Part shown: positions 19,147 to 29,331 of the stretch, piece after piece
Numbering within the stretch: the stretch's first letter is position 1
Layout: every line of letters begins with the position of its first letter
From: a bacterium
Lineage (GTDB): Bacteria > Zhuqueibacterota > Zhuqueibacteria > Residuimicrobiales > Krinioviventaceae
Assembly (NCBI GenBank): GCA_963674595.2
Contig: CAXXFV010000026.1
Span: 103,623 to 167,622, forward strand
Reading direction: 5' to 3'
Length of the DNA stretch: 64,000 nt
Notes under the pieces: model-generated
Databases searched by the model: none
What the model was told of the DNA's origin: nothing
The model's input: the letters and a program-made list of their open reading frames with translations, nothing else
Made by a program: the position numbers and the translations under genes

Positions 19147-20979
19147 TTATTTTAACAACAAACACTTGTGCGTTTTTTGATATTTATCCGCATAAAATTT
19201 GATAAAATATGTGCCGGTTGGATTATTTTTAGCATTCCAGATAATTCGGTGGTCACCGCCCGACATTTCCTGTTCTATGAGCTTTTCTACTAATCTTCCA
19301 TTTATGTCATATATTGAAATATCAACAAATGATTTTTTTGCCAGCGTAAATGGAATTGTTGTCGTGGGATTAAACGGATTTGGATAATTTTGTTGTAGCT
19401 GAAAAGCCTCAGGGACTGAATTATTTTCGCTGGATGAAACAGACGCCGGAGTTTCGACAATGACGATAAAATCTTTCGAATCAACGGTGTGTTTGCCGGT
19501 AATGTCTGTAAAAGCATATGTTACGCTGATATTTGAATAATGGCCAGGTGGTGTGTTTTCGGCGATGGCAATTTTGAGCACCCAACCAAAACTGTCCATT
19601 TCATAAACATTGGGACCGCCAATAAGAATAGGTTGAATAAATTCATCACCGCCGGTAACTGTGCTTCGGTCTGCTAACACCACGGAATTTGTGTTTGCGT
19701 TAGTACCATGAACTGTAACCGTATCACCCGGTGTTAAATAAACTTCTGTTCCACTGCCCGGAAGTTTGTAGAAAAAGGTAGTAGAATTAAACTCACTCCA
19801 GGTGTTGTCGCTGTTCATTGCATGGGCGTATATTGTGTGTTTTGTATTGTTTTTTAGATTTGGAATTATTAACGGATTGTAAAATTCTTCACTCATACTG
19901 TTAAATTCACCATCCGTTGCAGGTAGAGGATAACCGGTTCCGTCTTCGCCAATGCTGTCAACAAAACATTCCACAGATTTTATTGTTTGGTTCGACTCGG
20001 CTTTGCCAACAATTTCAACAACATTTCCATTAGTCGGCGATTCATTTACATAAAGTTGAGAAATGGAAAAATCATTTGTTGAAACATAAATGGAATCTAC
20101 AACAACATAGTCTTTCCCATCAAAAGCAGCAATTTTATAACAGTAGGTACTGCTTTCAGAAGGAGTATCAAATGATGTAAAATCGCGAACAGATTCAAGC
20201 AGCACATTGTCTTTAAATACATGAAAGGCTTCAATACCACCATTTATTGGTTTAATTTTTATATAGTCAAATTTGGCCTTTCCATTTTTTAAAGCATCAT
20301 ACATAACCAGGCCAACTTTCCCGCTGGAATGCTCTGCCCAAAATGGAACAGCATCTTTAATGTCATGATAATTTTGATAGACACCGTTGATGGTTACGGT
20401 TACGGCAGGGAGGGCCGATGCTTTTAGCTCAATTACATTCCATTGCCCCAAATTTTCATTTAATTCACTACTTGCAATCCATCCGGTCACGTTTTCAAGA
20501 CCTTGAGAGGAAAAGTTGTTAATTCTATAATCTCCGTAGCCGTGAATAAATTTATGAGTCGATTGCCAATTCCCGTCATCTCTTAGTGTAGTTGGATCTC
20601 CATTAAAAAATATTCCGACATTATCTTTATCACCTTGAGTTTTTGTCATTTTTGTTTCTATTATAATGTTGCTATAGTTTTGGTCGAAATATATTGAAGC
20701 ATTTTTGTGTGATCCTGAAGTGACTTCCAGGAAGCCGTTATTTACCTTCCAATTACCGGAGCGAGTTTTCCATTTGCTGTCAAGTGTTTCAAAATCGTCA
20801 TATATGTACTTGTCAAAATAGCCATTTTCCAAACTTGTACCCCAATTTAGAGTAACTTTTCCGGTTTGTTTATCGACTTGAGCATCCAGACTGTAAATTT
20901 CCTGGCTAAAACTTTTTATAGTGGAAATTAAAATGAACAAAAGTAAATAGGTTACTGTTCGGTGTATCAACCTTGTCAT
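19147..20979 (-). CDS. Secreted protein with DUF1080/ConA-like domain and T9SS-type CTD
   Basis: Signal peptide after GGAGG RBS; 'DDFE..WKTRSGNWKV..WNVIEL..SSGKVGL..FDYIKI' beta-sandwich; CTD 'QNYPNPFNPTTTIPF'. Confidence 0.8.
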   Translation of the reverse strand: MTRLIHRTVTYLLLFILISTIKSFSQEIYSLDAQVDKQTGKVTLNWGTSLENGYFDKYIYDDFETLDSKWKTRSGNWKVNNGFLEVTSGSHKNASIYFDQNYSNIIIETKMTKTQGDKDNVGIFFNGDPTTLRDDGNWQSTHKFIHGYGDYRINNFSSQGLENVTGWIASSELNENLGQWNVIELKASALPAVTVTINGVYQNYHDIKDAVPFWAEHSSGKVGLVMYDALKNGKAKFDYIKIKPINGGIEAFHVFKDNVLLESVRDFTSFDTPSESSTYCYKIAAFDGKDYVVVDSIYVSTNDFSISQLYVNESPTNGNVVEIVGKAESNQTIKSVECFVDSIGEDGTGYPLPATDGEFNSMSEEFYNPLIIPNLKNNTKHTIYAHAMNSDNTWSEFNSTTFFYKLPGSGTEVYLTPGDTVTVHGTNANTNSVVLADRSTVTGGDEFIQPILIGGPNVYEMDSFGWVLKIAIAENTPPGHYSNISVTYAFTDITGKHTVDSKDFIVIVETPASVSSSENNSVPEAFQLQQNYPNPFNPTTTIPFTLAKKSFVDISIYDINGRLVEKLIEQEMSGGDHRIIWNAKNNPTGTYFIKFYADKYQKTHKCLLLK

Positions 20980-21254
20980 CGTGACCTCCATTTCTGAATC
21001 ATGTCATGTGATCTCTATCAGCATAAACCAACGAACTGTGCCGTATGTTGATTTATTACTTTGTATTGTGTTGTCAGGATAAACGTACTGTTTCGACTTT
21101 TTCCCGCTCAGATTGTTTATAATGTTGTAATTTTAGTACGTTTTTTGCCGGTTTTAATAAAATTTTGGTAATGTGGCACAATGTGCCTGAATAAACAGAG
21201 TTTTTCGGATATTTTTCATCAACAGTACTACATCTGAGTATTTGGATGTTGTCA

Positions 21255-21420
21255 CTAACACAATTTTTTTTGTTCGTACTATTAGTACCCGTTTTTATAA
21301 AATGGTGGAAAATCAGCAAAAGACTGTCAGGGTTCCCGTGGTTGATCACATGATCATGGGAAGTAGTCTTTTATGGCTGACGTATGGATAATACTAATTC
21401 TGAGGTAAAGGTGCAAGTTA
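21255..21420 (-). promoter_or_regulatory. Dispersed promoter-leader element, copy 3 (diverged)
   Basis: TTGCAC (21416-21411), 17 bp, TATTAT (21393-21388), then 'TCAGCCATAAAAGACT..CACGGGAACCCTGA..CTTTTGCTGATTTTCC..AAAAACGGG..AGTAC..ATTGTGT', collinear with copy 6. Confidence 0.75.
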
Positions 21421-21496
21421 ATTTTATATAAAGTTTAGGGATTTCCCCCCTGGTTTAAAACCCCCGTTTATAGTGTTGTGAACGATACTTTTCTGT

Positions 21497-22084
21497 TTAA
21501 AAATAGCGGTAAACAATGTCCTGAACCTGGTGCAGCCACAGGGTACGCTGTTCATGGGTGCTGGTAACGATGATGCGGAACATTTTGCGGTAAAAATCCT
21601 CAACGCCGCACAGTTTAAAAATACAGTTTTTCCAGATGGTTTCCAGGGGATCGCCAAACTCGCGCTGTTCCCGTGACGCTTCGGTGTCGGATGTGTTGAA
21701 AACCAGGGCGGTCTTGGCCTTTAGCAGTCCATTGGGCACGCCTTCGCCGCTGTCGCCTTCCAGAAATTCATAGGCCACACCCGGACGAATAACACGGTCC
21801 ACCCAGCCCTTTAAAATCGCCGGTGGTTGTCCCCACCAGTTTGGGTGAATAATGATAATGCCGTCTGCCTGTGCGATTTCGTCACAATGGCGGGCAACCT
21901 CATCCGGCAGGACCGCGTCTTTGGGGAATTCCTGCGCCGGTATCAGCGGATCAAATTTTTCCTGATACAAATCGTGATAAAAGACCTGATGCCCCTTGTC
22001 CGTTAATACTCTGCGGGCCGCCTCGGCAATGGCATGATTTAAGCTGTCCGGATTCGGATGCGCCAGTATAATAGAAATGTTCAT
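21497..22084 (-). CDS. NAD(P)H-dependent oxidoreductase, flavodoxin-like fold (KefF/MdaB family)
   Basis: 'ILAHPNPDSLNHAI', 'HPNWWGQPPAILKGWVDRV'. Confidence 0.92.
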   Translation of the reverse strand: MNISIILAHPNPDSLNHAIAEAARRVLTDKGHQVFYHDLYQEKFDPLIPAQEFPKDAVLPDEVARHCDEIAQADGIIIIHPNWWGQPPAILKGWVDRVIRPGVAYEFLEGDSGEGVPNGLLKAKTALVFNTSDTEASREQREFGDPLETIWKNCIFKLCGVEDFYRKMFRIIVTSTHEQRTLWLHQVQDIVYRYF

Positions 22085-22194
22085 AGAATCTCCGATATGT
22101 GTATGTGCCGGCTGATCGTTTAATATATATTTTTTTACTGTTTTATAAAAGGGGAAAACGTTGGTGCGAGCAAAAAGTGTGGCTGCAACACGCG

Positions 22195-22959
22195 TCAGAC
22201 AATATTAAACTCTTTTTTAATCATATTTTGTGCCTGCTCCGGAGATAAAAAAGCAAATTTGCTGTAATTTTTATGGACAATGACAATTTCATTCAATGCT
22301 TTGTTTATTAAAGTCGCATTCTCCCATGACTTTAAAGCGCAGATTACCCGTTCCAGGCATCCTTTTTTATAGCTTATTTGTCCAATGATATGAATTATTG
22401 TATCTGTTACTTTTATTTCCGAATCGTTTTGATGTTCAGCCAAAATTGGTAATATATCGTCCGGATGAGTGCGTCCCCAAAGTTCTAATCCATGAAGCAA
22501 TTTTATGCGAACTTTTGGATTAGAGTGCGGCAACTTTTTTTTAACAAAAGCTATTGTTGGAACTGGATTTTTTTCTCCCAATTGTTTTAACGCGCCGGTA
22601 ACCGCATTCAAGACCGAATGATGGCTGTCGGAGAAGGCTTGTTCAAAAAGTTCCTGAATGACCTCAAATTCTGTTTTTCCAATTTCACCCAATGCATAAA
22701 CAACGGTTTGTCTCACTTTTTCATCTTTGCTGAGATATAAAGATTTAAGCATGGAGAGGATAATCTTTTTTTCATCTATATTGTTTTTATACAGTTTTCC
22801 GATTGCCAAATATACATTTTTCCGAATATATGTATCATCGTTTGATGCATAAGAATAAATATTTTTATAGTCTCTGCTTTTAAGGTCAGACTGGACAAGA
22901 TGTTCGATTTTTTCCTTTAAAAGTGTGCGCTCTTTATTTGTCAGATCATAGTAACTCAT
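22195..22959 (-). CDS. HEAT-repeat protein (DNA alkylation repair-like)
   Basis: HEAT-like units 'DTYIRKNVYLAIG', 'DEKVRQTVVYALGEIG', 'NPKVRIKLLHGL'; ATG 22959. Confidence 0.7.
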   Translation of the reverse strand: MSYYDLTNKERTLLKEKIEHLVQSDLKSRDYKNIYSYASNDDTYIRKNVYLAIGKLYKNNIDEKKIILSMLKSLYLSKDEKVRQTVVYALGEIGKTEFEVIQELFEQAFSDSHHSVLNAVTGALKQLGEKNPVPTIAFVKKKLPHSNPKVRIKLLHGLELWGRTHPDDILPILAEHQNDSEIKVTDTIIHIIGQISYKKGCLERVICALKSWENATLINKALNEIVIVHKNYSKFAFLSPEQAQNMIKKEFNIV

Positions 22960-22960
22960 T

Positions 22961-23449
22961 TTAATAATCCACAAGATGTCTTTGTTTTTTCCATTGAGTA
23001 AGGATAATGCGATAAAATCGGCACCCTACTGTTTTTTCAACATCACCCGAATCGTCTCTTTTTCCTGCGGGGGTGAGGGCTTTATAGCCCCGGATATAGT
23101 TCCAGCCATAGCCCCAGCGGTACCAGGTGGGGAAATAGGGACTGCCGCCGGCGCGGACAGCGTTATACATCATGTCCGCAAGATACTCGTCCCCGGTTTT
23201 TTCAATAATGCATTCCCTGAATTTTTGGTCGGTTTGCAGCCGTTCTTGTTTGGTGCCGCCGTGCCAGTAAACACTGTCGTGGGCTACACAACAATCGCAC
23301 CAGGACTTTTCATCTATAAGGGACCGGTCAGGAAAAAGACTGCATCCGTCGCTTTTAAATTGATTCAGTTTCGGGTGGGAGGAACAACCAAACCCAAAAA
23401 TAAACGGGATGATGAGTATTTTTAAGGAACGTCTGATATTTGTTTTCAT
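22961..23449 (-). CDS. Cys-rich lipoprotein with PLA2-like 'CC.AHD..Y' motif; probable +1 frameshift near the 3' end
   Basis: Lipobox FGFGC; 'SDGCS', 'WCDCCVAHDSVYWHGG', 'YRWGYGW'. Removing one G from the G5 run at 23069-23073 gives the ending ALTPQEKETIRVMLKKQ* (stop at 23026). Confidence 0.75.
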   Translation of the reverse strand: MKTNIRRSLKILIIPFIFGFGCSSHPKLNQFKSDGCSLFPDRSLIDEKSWCDCCVAHDSVYWHGGTKQERLQTDQKFRECIIEKTGDEYLADMMYNAVRAGGSPYFPTWYRWGYGWNYIRGYKALTPAGKRDDSGDVEKTVGCRFYRIILTQWKKQRHLVDY

Positions 23450-23530
23450 GGTTTGCTCGAATCAATTTGGCTGATTGGTGAAAATTATTATAAATTTAAC
23501 AGGTTTTGATTATTTAATGTAAAATAACAC

Positions 23531-23557
23531 GCGAGACGCGATTAATCGCGTCGTTAC
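23531..23557. repeat. Degenerate REP-like palindrome
   Basis: Core GACGCGATTAATCGCGTC, matching the core of the 26195 copy. Confidence 0.6.
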
Positions 23558-23687
23558 TCTGCTGCCAATTAAATATATGATAATAAAATCCGTCTATTAA
23601 TTCAAGTAACATATTTTTATACAAAATTTAACTTGCCAAAGGATTGTATTTTAAATATCTTTCAAGAGTTAACCAAAGAGGAAGGAC

Positions 23688-24569
23688 ATGGAACTGACGA
23701 AACTTTTTAACAATGTTTATCATTTTTTAAACCAAAAGCTTTTTACGCTGGGACAAACAGATGTAAACCTTATTTCCATTCTGTTCTTTGTGCTGCTGCT
23801 GGTGTTTGTTGTTGTGGCTTCCCGGTTCTTTGCCAGACGAGTTCTTACCCGGATCCTGTCCCGGTTTGCGCTGGACCCAGGTATGATATATAATTTTCGA
23901 CAAATAACAGAGTATACGCTGATTTTTATCGGAATTATAATTGCCTTTCAAATGATCGGCATCAACCTGAGCGGACTGGCGGTTATATTCGGTTTGTTGT
24001 CCGTTGGTATCGGTTTTGGTCTGCAAAATATAACCTCCAACTTTATGTCAGGGCTTATATTACTGTTTGAACGGCCCATCAAAATCGGTGACCGGATAAC
24101 CGTTGGCGATACCGAAGGTGATGTTATGGAGATCAACATGCGGTCCACAACCATCCGGTCGTTGAACAATATATCCATTATTGTGCCGAATTCCGAGTTT
24201 GTAAGTTCACGGGTCATTAACTGGACGCACGGTGACCCGAAAATCCGCATTGATATTGATGTGGGTGTTTCCTACGAATCCGATCTTGATCTTGTTTTGC
24301 AAACGCTGGAACAGGTGGCCGCCGAGAACAGTGAGGTGTTGTCTCACCCAAAACCGGAAGTACATTTGAGAGAATTCGGCGATTCTTCCTGGAACATGAA
24401 GCTGCGTGTATGGATTATGAATCCCAAGCGTTTTTATTATGTAAAATCTGACATCAACTGCGAGATCGTTCGCAAATTTCGCGAAAACAATATTGAAATT
24501 CCCTTTCCTCAGCGGGACCTGCACATACGTTCATCCGTGCCCATACCGCACAGGTCACAGGGCAATTAG
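23688..24569 (+). CDS. mscS: Small-conductance mechanosensitive channel
   Basis: 'GLLSVGIGFGLQNITSNFMSGLILLFERPIKIGDRI', 'IIVPNS', 'IEIPFPQRDLH'. Confidence 0.93.
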   Translation: MELTKLFNNVYHFLNQKLFTLGQTDVNLISILFFVLLLVFVVVASRFFARRVLTRILSRFALDPGMIYNFRQITEYTLIFIGIIIAFQMIGINLSGLAVIFGLLSVGIGFGLQNITSNFMSGLILLFERPIKIGDRITVGDTEGDVMEINMRSTTIRSLNNISIIVPNSEFVSSRVINWTHGDPKIRIDIDVGVSYESDLDLVLQTLEQVAAENSEVLSHPKPEVHLREFGDSSWNMKLRVWIMNPKRFYYVKSDINCEIVRKFRENNIEIPFPQRDLHIRSSVPIPHRSQGN

Positions 24570-24623
24570 CGTTATTTGGGGGACTGTAGCGCACGCATGG
24601 GATTTTATCTCCGATTCAAACAA

Positions 24624-24655
24624 GTGTCACCCTGAGCGGAGTCGAAGGGCGACAC
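24624..24655. repeat. REP-like palindrome of the 'GTCACCCTGAGCGGAGTCGAAGGG' type
   Basis: GTGTCACCCTGAGCGGAGTCGAAGGGCGACAC between convergent genes. Confidence 0.6.
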
Positions 24656-24684
24656 CTCTGCAAGCGAGACATTGTCCGCTGCTT

Positions 24685-25410
24685 TTATTCATAAAAATAC
24701 CGATAATAACTATCCGCCTCTCCGCCGGAAAGGGGCACTAAATCCCTGGGGTCTTCAAGAATCAAATTTTCGTTTCTATCACAAGTATATTCAATTTGTC
24801 TTATTAACTCAGACTTGCTATTATAATAATTTTTCCGGGTCAGTACAGCGCCGTCATAGATATATTTGATTGTTTTTACACTCTGATATGGCGGTGAATA
24901 TATCATTTGGTCTATTAAATTTTCTTTTGAATATTTATAGCTGATTGTTGTAAATAACTTGTCATCGTGGTATATCTTTTCTTCAATTAATTGACTGCCC
25001 GAGTATTCATACGTATATTTGTTTTTTTTATAAGAATAATCTGTTTTTTCTACAAGTTTGTTGTTTGCATATACAAAAATTATGGAATCCGTCAACGAAT
25101 AAGTATCTGATCCGGTATTTTCAAATAACAGAATTTTTGTCAATTCTCCATTTGAATAAATATATTTTTCGTAATTCATAACCCTTGAATTTTGACCATC
25201 TTTATTTGTAACGGTTTCCAACAGATCATCGGCATTATACTCATACCCGGTAATTTTGTATGGAGTCGTTGAATTTTGCGGATATGAGCGTTTTTCTAAA
25301 AGTTTGGCTCCCTTTTCATAAACAACACCCTCCGGGCCAGTTACGTTGTCCCTGCTGCACATGGATATTAGAAAAACACACATTATCAGTAAAAAGTTTC
25401 GATTATTCAT
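24685..25410 (-). CDS. Hypothetical Tyr-rich lipoprotein (YD-like repeats)
   Basis: GGGAG RBS, lipobox-like 'ISMC', repeated 'Y.Y..' strands. Confidence 0.7.
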   Translation of the reverse strand: MNNRNFLLIMCVFLISMCSRDNVTGPEGVVYEKGAKLLEKRSYPQNSTTPYKITGYEYNADDLLETVTNKDGQNSRVMNYEKYIYSNGELTKILLFENTGSDTYSLTDSIIFVYANNKLVEKTDYSYKKNKYTYEYSGSQLIEEKIYHDDKLFTTISYKYSKENLIDQMIYSPPYQSVKTIKYIYDGAVLTRKNYYNSKSELIRQIEYTCDRNENLILEDPRDLVPLSGGEADSYYRYFYE

Positions 25411-25470
25411 TGTTTATCTCCCTGTATGTAAACTATTTAGATTTAATCCTCTGCGGACGAGTTTTATCTT

Positions 25471-25806
25471 TTACTCATTTTTTAAAAAAGGCTGTTTTTC
25501 ACTTGTACTAAATTGTCCAGATATTGACAGTTGAATGAACAATAAAATCATGATAACAATGGCGAATAAAAATATTCCAAGAATAAGCCTATAGTAAATT
25601 GATTCAATGCTTGTTAACTGTCTTAAATATAAAATAATTAGTGGCGAAGCTAATCCTGATAATCCACCGATAATTCCGCCTAAAATTTTTCTTTTTTTTG
25701 TCCATTCATACAGTGTACCACAATTAGGGCAAACATATTTAGTCCAATGAAAACTAAAAATAAACCAGCTTAAAGAAAGTTTGTTACCACAGCTTTTACA
25801 TTTCAT
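25471..25806 (-). CDS. Zn-ribbon membrane protein
   Basis: CKSC..CPNC followed by two TM helices; very AT-rich. Confidence 0.7.
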   Translation of the reverse strand: MKCKSCGNKLSLSWFIFSFHWTKYVCPNCGTLYEWTKKRKILGGIIGGLSGLASPLIILYLRQLTSIESIYYRLILGIFLFAIVIMILLFIQLSISGQFSTSEKQPFLKNE

Positions 25807-26009
25807 TATGATCTATCTCTTAAAAAAAATATTAAAATCAATTGTGAATTATTATCAGGCATTACATAGTTATAATATATTCCTCTAGCCATATTTTTAG
25901 TAGCTAAATATCGAAACTTTTTGATCTGCTTTTATAGTACAGTTCTAATACATTATTGATATATAATATTAAAAAATTTCTTATAATTTTTCAGACAGAT
26001 AAAAGATCA

Positions 26010-26160
26010 CATACTTAAAAAATCCCGTAATTATGTAGTGAAAATCAGATAAAGAACATTCAGGAACTCCCGTGCGCGACCAAATTGTCCTGAAAAACAG
26101 TTCCTTATGGCTGATAGCGAATAATACAAATTCTGTGATTTTGGTGCAAGGGGTTTTTAA
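26010..26160 (-). promoter_or_regulatory. Dispersed promoter-leader element, copy 4
   Basis: TTGCAC (26149-26144), 17 bp, TATTAT (26126-26121), then 'TATCAGCCATAAGGAACTGTTTTTCAGGACAATTTGGTCGCGCACGGGAGTTCCTGA'. Confidence 0.85.
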
Positions 26161-26194
26161 AATATTTTTGAGCTTTTTATTCTCGCCCCACACG

Positions 26195-26222
26195 GTAGAG
26201 ACGCGATTAATCGCCTCTCTAC
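26195..26222. repeat. GTAG-family REP-like palindrome
   Basis: GTAGAGACGCGATTAATCGCCTCTCTAC beside the MFS stop codon. Confidence 0.75.
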
Positions 26223-26225
26223 AAA

Positions 26226-27644
26226 CTAATTAACCTTGTGCCAAATCTTTTCAATCTCTTCCAGACTTTTGCCTTTGGTTTCCGGTACAAATTTCCAGAA
26301 AAACAGCGTGGCGATAAAACAAATCGCGGCAAAGGTGAAAAATCCGGTGTTCATGCCAAAACTGCTGACATACCAGGGGAACATGTAGGCGCTGAAGGTA
26401 TTGGTGCCCCAGTTGCTGAGGGTGGCAATGGACATGGCGCGTCCTCTGACGCGGTTGGGGAAAATTTCAGGGGTGAGCACCCATATAACCGCGCAAATGG
26501 ACAGGGCCAGGCAGGCAACATCGGCGCCCAGCACAACCAGGATCAACAGTGCCGGGGGCTGCTCAAAGGAGAATAAAACGCCGGCGCTTGCCAGCATCAG
26601 CACAACAGCCGCCATACCGCCCAGCAGCAGGGGACGTCTGCCCAGTTTGTCGATAACAAACAGGGCAATGACGGTAAAGATCAGGTTAATGATTCCCAGC
26701 GCCACCTGGTACTGCAGCGCATTGGTCAGGGCGATGCCCGCTTTTTCCAGAATTGTCGGACCGTAATATACAACGATATTAATACCGGTCAGTTGTCCGA
26801 AAACCGACAATCCCACGCCCACCATCAGGGCCGTGCGCAGACCGGGTTTAAACAGTTCTTTGAGCGTGCCTTCTTCCTGGTTAACGGCCTGCTGAATGTC
26901 CCGGGTTTCCTTTCGGGCAATGGCGCTGCCGCTGATTTTTGTTAAAATGGACAGGCCCTGCTGATCGTTCCCCGACTTTATCAGCCAGCGCGGACTTTCG
27001 GGCACAAACAGCAGCATCAGGAAAAACAGTCCGGCCGGGACCATCTCCATACCGAACATGGCGCGCCACACCTGTTCCACAAAAATCAGGTGCAGTAATC
27101 CCGAACCTGTTTGGACTATCCGGGTTTCTGCATAACTCTGCAGGGACCAGTTTGAAAAATAGGCCAGTAAAATTCCAATAACAATGGATAACTGGTAAAG
27201 CGCCACCAGGCGTCCGCGCAGGTGCGGGGGCGCAAATTCGGATATGTACATGGGCGCCAGCACCGAGGCCATACCCACACCGATACCGCCGATCATACGC
27301 GCGGGTATGAGGATGCTGAATGTGGGAGGGACGGCAGAACCCAGCGCTGATATAAAAAACAGAATGGCTGAAATAACGAGAATGGGTTTGCGGCCGTAAC
27401 GGTCACCCAGTGAACCGGCGACCATGGCGCCTAAAATGCAGCCGATAAGCGCCGAACTTGTAAACCAGCCGACCTGTAGTTTGGTCAGGCTGTATAACTT
27501 TTCCACCATGCCGACAGTACCGGAAATGACCGCCGTATCGAATCCGAATAAAAATCCGCCCAATGAAGCCACAAGGCAAATTAACATCAGGTAAAGGGGG
27601 GAGCTGTTAGAGTCTGTGGGGATTGTGTTTTCTGTATGTGTCAT
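26226..27644 (-). CDS. Sugar porter family MFS transporter
   Basis: 'GGFLFGFDTAVISG', 'DRYGRK', 'PESPRWL', 'QLTGIN', 'DKLGRR', 'PETKGKSLEEI'. Confidence 0.95.
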   Translation of the reverse strand: MTHTENTIPTDSNSSPLYLMLICLVASLGGFLFGFDTAVISGTVGMVEKLYSLTKLQVGWFTSSALIGCILGAMVAGSLGDRYGRKPILVISAILFFISALGSAVPPTFSILIPARMIGGIGVGMASVLAPMYISEFAPPHLRGRLVALYQLSIVIGILLAYFSNWSLQSYAETRIVQTGSGLLHLIFVEQVWRAMFGMEMVPAGLFFLMLLFVPESPRWLIKSGNDQQGLSILTKISGSAIARKETRDIQQAVNQEEGTLKELFKPGLRTALMVGVGLSVFGQLTGINIVVYYGPTILEKAGIALTNALQYQVALGIINLIFTVIALFVIDKLGRRPLLLGGMAAVVLMLASAGVLFSFEQPPALLILVVLGADVACLALSICAVIWVLTPEIFPNRVRGRAMSIATLSNWGTNTFSAYMFPWYVSSFGMNTGFFTFAAICFIATLFFWKFVPETKGKSLEEIEKIWHKVN

Positions 27645-27698
27645 TGTCAAAAACCTCATTCGCTGATGATGTTTTGTAAGGGTCGGTTGGGTTTTTTA

Positions 27699-28196
27699 TT
27701 ATAACCGGGCGTTTGAAAATAAAAGATTGGCCAATATGCCTGCCAGGGGCGGGAAAATGAGTGTGGACACCAGTCGTATGACGGTGAACTTCCAGCCCAG
27801 AATGCCCAGTTCCATGGGAATGCGGCCGACAGCCCACAGGGACCAGCCGGTCATAAATGCCACCATGGTGCCGATGCCCGCACCGGCGTTTAAAAGTCCG
27901 GCAACAATCGGCAGACTAACATAGGGCCCGCCCGGTGTAAATGCCCCGGCTATTGCGCCGATAAAAATGCCGCGCATGCCCGATTCCGCACCAACCCATT
28001 GGGACAATGACTCTTTTGGAATGAGCACCTGCACCATTCCGGCGATGATAAAGGCAAAAATCAACATCGGCAAAATTTGCCAGGTCATGGTAAAAGCGGA
28101 CTGTAGGCCGGTGATGTGTTCCTGGTGTCCGCGCTGATAACCGATGATTAGTAAAACAACGGCAATAACGCCCATAATTATACTGGGAACGAGCAT
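27699..28196 (-). CDS. Permease (ArsP/DUF318-like short form)
   Basis: 'QWVGAESGMRG..GAFTPGGPYVSLPIVAGL'; AGGAGA RBS. Confidence 0.8.
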   Translation of the reverse strand: MLVPSIIMGVIAVVLLIIGYQRGHQEHITGLQSAFTMTWQILPMLIFAFIIAGMVQVLIPKESLSQWVGAESGMRGIFIGAIAGAFTPGGPYVSLPIVAGLLNAGAGIGTMVAFMTGWSLWAVGRIPMELGILGWKFTVIRLVSTLIFPPLAGILANLLFSNARL

Positions 28197-28598
28197 GGAT
28201 GATTTTCTCCTGTTTGGCACGTGTGGTCTTCTCCTTATATCGTATTAACGGTGAAATGTACAAAGAGATTTTGTGGATTTAAAGAAGTATTTTGAGAAAT
28301 AAACAGGTGTGTGGTGAGTTGAGGATTTGTGGGGCTGAAAGGGGGATGGCTATATTGCGGCTGGATGTAACATGCAGTCAGGTGAAATGTAACAAATGTT
28401 AGAAAAAAATTACAGGATAAGGACCATTACCGGCTGATAAAAAATATCGAGATTTTTACGGGCTATTTGAGGGTTTGACAGATGGGGACTGACTGGGGAT
28501 AAATATTTATAGGAGTCATTTGTACCACTTGAAAACAGCAAAATCGATTTACTGTTGACATGGAAAAAAGACCTGAATTTGTTAGGACCGCAGAAAAC

Positions 28599-28760
28599 CT
28601 AGTCAATGTCCACGTCATTGGGGTGTAAATGAACCACCTTGCCGTTTTCGGATATGACTATACGTTGGTTTCTGTCTTTTTTTGACTTTATCAACTTGTG
28701 GTAGGTCAATTCGAGTCCTTTAATGATTTTTTCTTTAATGTCGTTATTTTTTTTCTTCAT
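28599..28760 (-). CDS. 53-aa basic partner protein of the zeta-like ATPase
   Basis: Below the ORF-track cutoff; hand translation MKKKNNDIKEKIIKGLELTYHKLIKSKKDRNQRIVISENGKVVHLHPNDVDID; its start overlaps the end of the ATPase gene. Confidence 0.75.
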   Translation of the reverse strand: MKKKNNDIKEKIIKGLELTYHKLIKSKKDRNQRIVISENGKVVHLHPNDVDID

Positions 28761-29331
28761 TTAAAGCAACCATTTTTATAGAGTCAAATATATCCTGTTT
28801 TTTAATACTGATAATTTTATTTGTATATCCTTCTGCAATTAATTCAGAAGGCAGTTTTGAATTATCAAAAATCATCCAAAAATCACAAACCGGCATATAT
28901 AAACGAAAAAGATTTTTCAATCCTTTGAAATACCTTCTTATAATAATCGGTTCCGCAATATTATGTCCGCCTTCACGTACCCTGGTTTTAACCCGTTCAA
29001 TTGCCAGTTTCGTTGAATCGAGCCAGAAAAAAACCAAAGTAATATGATAGTTTGCCAGTTTTGCTTTCTGAATCATTTTAACATAAGTTTTTGACGCCAA
29101 GGTCGTTTCAAAAGCAAAATCCTGTCCTGTTGAGATCAGTTTCTCTATTTTTGTCAGCATGAGCCTGCCGGATTCAATCAATGGTTTTTCAGGATTCAGC
29201 GGCGATAAACCTCTGGCAATTTCATCTGCATTGACAAACTCGTGACAATCCAACATTTCCGGTAATACGGTAAAAGAAGCCGTTGTTTTGCCTGCTCCAT
29301 TACTTCCGGCGATAATATACAGGTTCGGCAT
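28744..29331 (-). CDS. Zeta-toxin family / AAA P-loop protein
   Basis: Walker A 'AGSNGAGKTT', 'FVNADEIARGL', 'FAFETTLA', 'RVREGGHNI'. Confidence 0.9.
   Translation of the reverse strand: MPNLYIIAGSNGAGKTTASFTVLPEMLDCHEFVNADEIARGLSPLNPEKPLIESGRLMLTKIEKLISTGQDFAFETTLASKTYVKMIQKAKLANYHITLVFFWLDSTKLAIERVKTRVREGGHNIAEPIIIRRYFKGLKNLFRLYMPVCDFWMIFDNSKLPSELIAEGYTNKIISIKKQDIFDSIKMVALNEEKK

Noticed and set aside
26060-26110. Group II intron 5' end (GTGCG) within the dispersed element
   Set aside because: GTGCGCG is lost in copies 1-3, no domain V/VI or RT is nearby, and the conserved promoter boxes lie on the opposite strand.
25981-26193. Leader-peptide ORF over the dispersed element (also 21074..21349)
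   Set aside because: The ORF at copy 4 spans the promoter itself, and no reading frame is conserved among the six copies.
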